Origin: Lama glama
Taxonomy: Eukaryota
Reading direction: 5' to 3'
NCBI GenBank assembly: GCA_028534125.1
Contig: CM052818.1
Location: forward strand, 42,532,001 to 42,596,000
Length of the DNA: 64,000 nucleotides
In this document: piece by piece, positions 60,345 to 64,000 of the stretch
Layout of the letters: every line of letters begins with the position of its first letter
How positions within the stretch are numbered: the first letter of the stretch is position 1
The notes under the pieces: model-generated
Told to the model about the DNA's origin: nothing
Database searches by the model: none
What the model saw: only the letters and a program-made list of their open reading frames with translations
Translations under genes and position numbers: made by a program

Positions 60345-62770
60345 GACCAGTTTTGAGTTAATTTTTGTATATGGTACAAAGAGGCATAGATGGAATGCCA
60401 TCTTTTAGCTAATGGATGTCTAACTTTCCCAGCACCATTTGTTGATAAGACTATCCTTTCTCCACTGAATTGCTTTTTATTTTTTAAAAGAGCTTTATTT
60501 TATTGAGCTATAATTTACATACTACACAGGTCAGCCATGTAAAGTATACAACTCAATGGTTTTAGTATATTCACAGGTTTTTTCTTTCACCACCCTGAAA
60601 TTTGGAACATTTTTCTTATCCTGCAAAGAAACCCTCTACCCATGAAGTAGTCCCTTTTCAGTAGCTACTCCCCTGACCCTAGGTTGTTTGTGTCTTCGAG
60701 GACTTTGTCTGTTTCATCTTAATTGTTGAATTTATTGGCATATAATTATTTTAACATTATTTATTTTTACCTACTAAACTTCTAATATCTATAGAACTGA
60801 TAGTGATTATTTATATTGGTAATTTCTATCTTTTTTTTTTCTTAATTTACTAGTCTGGATTAGGGTGTCAATTTTATTAGTCTTCTTAAGGGACTAGATT
60901 TTGGTTACATTGATTGGCTCTATTGTTTGTCTGTTTTCAGTTTCATTGATATCATTCTGATTGTTATCATTTCCTTTCCCCAATTTGTTTGTATTTAATT
61001 TGCTTGTTTTTTAGGTTTGTAAGGTAGAAATGGAGGTCACTGATTTCAGACCTTATTCTTTCCTCATGTAGATGTTTAGTGCTATAAATTTTCCCTAAAG
61101 TACTGCTTTATCTGCATACTGTACATACATAGCATACATTTGGATACTTTGTGTTTCTATTTTTATTCCCTTCAAAATACTTTAAAATTATCCTTTTGAT
61201 TTATTACTTTATGCATAGGGTATTTACGAATATGTTGCTTAGTTTCCAAATATTTGGTGACTTTCAGAGCCATCTTTTAGCTTTTGATTTCTCATTTGAA
61301 TCCATTTGTTATGAGGACATCCTTTGTATGACTTGAATCTTTTAAACTTTGTTGAAATTTGTCTTATTGCTCAGATTGTGGTCTTTCCTGGTCGATGTTT
61401 CATGTGCACTTGGAAAATATGTGTGTTGCACTATGGTTGGGTAGCATGTTCCATAAATGCTAATTAGGTCAAGTTGTTTGGAGTTACTCTTCAAGTCATT
61501 TATGTTTTTCCTGATTCTCTGTTTTTAATCAATTATTAATATATGAGTATTAAAATATCTAACTGTGTTTTTTTAGACAATCCACATGTGGATTTGCCTA
61601 TTTGTCCTTGCAGTTCTATAAAATTTTCCTTCATGTATTTTGAGTCTCTGTTATCAAGTACACAAATATTTAGGATTGTTAAGTACTCTTGATGAATTGA
61701 TCCCCTTTTTCCTGTTTCATTTTGAATAGTTACGGTTGCTATGTCATTGCAGTTTCTTCCATAATGTCCAACATGCTGTTAAGCCCATCCAGTGCATTGA
61801 AAAAATCTCATACAGTTTTAATTTCTAGAACTTTGATTTGAATATCATTAATATTATTCCTGTCTCTAACGTTTTGGACATATGGAATATAGTGATGATA
61901 ATAATTACTCTAATGTCTTTGTCTGCAAATTCTAGCATGTGTCAGTTATGGAAAGTTTCAATTCACTGGTCAGTTTAATCTTATGGGTCTTGTTTTCCTG
62001 CTTCTTTGCATGCCTGGTAGTTTTTGGATGCCAGCCATCATAATTTTACGTTGCTAGGTGTTGGATATCGTATACTTATAAATATTCTTGATTTTTACCG
62101 TAGGAATCACCTAAGTTACTTGATAAGAGTGGACTCCTTTCGGGTCTTACTTTTAAGATTTGTTGGTAGGACAGAGCAGTGGTTAGTCTAGCACTAATTA
62201 TTCTCCAATACTGAGTCAAGCCCCTTATGAGTGTTCTTCCCAATGTTCCATGAATTAGGAGGTGTTCCAATCTGGCTGGTGAGAATGAGCATTGTTGTTG
62301 TCCTTTGTGAGCACTTAATGCTGTTTCCTCTGTCCCTTCTGATGGTTCATTCCTTCAGGCAGTTTCCTCATACAGATGTGCTGATCTGCTGAATTCTTGA
62401 AAAAGACTTCTGCAGATTTCCAGGTGTTATTATGCAGTTCTGTCCTGTCTGGAATTCTGTTCTGTGAAAGCCAGCTCCTCAGGTCTACCTGGATTCTCAG
62501 CTCCATCTCCTGAACTCAAAGAGTCAGTGAGGCTCTGCCTGGGTTGTCCCTTTCTGTACTACACCTAGAAACTTTCTCAAAGTGCCAACCTGGGGCAATC
62601 ATAGGGCTCACCTCATTTATCTCCTGTCTCTCATGGTCCACTGTCCTTTGTTTCCTAATATCCAGTGTCTCAAGACTGTTATGTTATGTATTTTGTCTTT
62701 TTCTGTTGTTTTAATTATTAGGGTAAATCTAGTCCCTATTATTCCAATTTGACTGGAAGCAGAAGTCCCC
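60345..62770 (-). mobile_element. Composite of older L1M fragments (ORF2 and 5' region)
   Basis: Contains 'ttttgagttaatttttgtatatggt', 'ttcccagcaccatttgttgataagact', 'gctataaattttccctaaagtactgcttt' and 'tctctgcctgggtt...ctggggcaatcatagggctcacctc'. Confidence 0.8.
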
Positions 62771-63249
62771 ATATACGAAATTTTGTAGGCATATTCATAT
62801 GTGCGTTTTTCTCTTGTGAGAGCTTCCACAGCTTCTATCAGATTTTGTAAAGGATGTGTAATCCTCTGTAGGAGCAAGAACCTCTCATTTATAGTAATTA
62901 TCCTAGTCTTAAATTTTATTTAGTTCTCTAAATTTTTATAATAAATCTGTGTATTCCTTCACATATTTCTAAATTTTCTATAAATTTAAATTTTCACTAA
63001 CTTATAAATACTGATATTTAAAAATAAACATTTTATACTCTTTTAAATGTATCAAATGCATTCTAAATGTCATAGCAGTTGGTACCCAGAATCCTCCATT
63101 TTAAAAACAGTGAGCAAGGTTTTCTCCAACAGTTGAAAATTTTACCTTGCTCCTCTTGCTCTTTGAATTCACCTTTCCATTCCATTTCTCTCGTAGGATG
63201 CTGTCCTCATGTAATATATTTTATGCTTAAAGGCTTTTTATTACCCTAC

Positions 63250-63590
63250 TGTGTCCAAGGTCACCAAGACAACCCCCAAGTTCAGTAATTCACTAGCAAG
63301 ACTCACAGGACTCAGCATGTTGTCATAGTCACACGTGGGATTTGTTACAGTGAAAGCATTCAAAGCAAAATCAGCAAAAGGGGAAAAAAGTATATGTGGT
63401 CAAGTCCAGAGGAAACTGGGTCCAAGCTTCCAGGAGTTCTTTCTCAGTGGAATCACATTGGGCTTACTTAACTCTTTCATCAGTGAGTTTTGACAACGTA
63501 TGTGAAATATTATCAACAGGGAAGCTCATTAGAGGTTCAGTGCCCAAGGTTTTAATTGGGGGCTGGTCACGTAGGGACACTTTTTGTCCC
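63250..63590 (-). mobile_element. MER21-family ERVL LTR fragment
   Basis: Reads 'caagacaacccccaagttcagtaattcactagcaagactcacaggactcagcat...aagcaaaatcagcaaaagggg...gggggctggtcacgtagg'. Confidence 0.75.
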
Positions 63591-63627
63591 CCTGGTTTAC
63601 ATTTTCATTTTGACTTAATCAATGATT

Positions 63628-63925
63628 AATTTATTTTTATTATTTTTTTAAATTATGTATTTTGTATACAATTTAAAGGTTACTTTTCATTTACAATTAT
63701 TACAAAATATTGGTTATATTCCCCATGTCGTACAACACATCGCTGAGCTTAACTTATACCCAGTAGTTTGTACCTACCACTCTCCCACCCCTATGTTGCT
63801 CCTCCCCCTGACTGGTAGCCACTGGTTTGTTCTCTACATCTGTGAGTCTGCTGCTTTTTTTTTGTTACATTCACTAGTTTGTTGTATGTTGTTAGGTTTC
63901 ACATACAAGTGAAATTATGCAGTAG
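63628..63925 (-). mobile_element. L1 3' UTR fragment
   Basis: Poly(T), then 'tattggttatattccccatgtcgtacaa...gtttgttctctacatctgtgagtctg...cacatacaagtgaaattatgcagta'. Confidence 0.8.
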
Positions 63926-64000
63926 CGCTGCGTGGCGGTGACTGTTCTCGTAGTCATCATGCATGTTTCACCCCCGTTCTCCCATGTCCCAAACAGACTT

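Noticed and set aside
62780-63245. AT-rich segment resembling a Charlie-type DNA transposon
   Set aside because: No terminal inverted repeats or diagnostic motif that I could confirm.
1-64000. CRISPR arrays, operons, rRNA, prokaryotic or phage defence systems, intact ERV genes
   Set aside because: The sequence is repeat-rich mammalian DNA with no repeat-spacer arrays, long ORFs or gag/pol/env frames; all LTRs are solo or fragmentary.

Overview
This is mammalian genomic DNA, almost certainly camelid (camel, alpaca or llama). It has three Vic-1-type tRNA-derived SINEs and a cetartiodactyl-type young L1 3' end, and I saw no Bov-tA, PRE1 or Alu elements. I find no recognisable protein-coding gene. 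The supplied ORFs are chance frames, L1 ORF2 or transposase fossils, or artefacts that run through the four N gaps (6734-6924, 7958-8134, 41627-41756, 42333-42831). Much of the window is interspersed repeat: L1, L2, MIR, CR1/L3, ERV1/ERVL/MaLR solo LTRs, and hAT and Tigger MITEs, several with readable target-site duplications and nesting. Most L1s and LTRs lie on the minus strand, which suggests a large intron or 5' region of a plus-strand gene. Three plus-strand promoter or first-exon candidates (about 23.7-23.9 kb, 32.95-33.1 kb and 34.8-35.0 kb) precede a textbook splice acceptor that ends exactly where a 499-nt assembly gap begins, so an exon may be hidden in the gap. The most striking unexplained structures are a near-perfect 30-bp fold-back hairpin inside an old MIR (47330-47411) and a CpG-retaining pre-miRNA-sized hairpin (57440-57514). 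Repeat family names come from remembered consensus sequences, and boundaries are approximate unless a TSD is quoted. I cannot support a claim of a new biological system here, only these leads.
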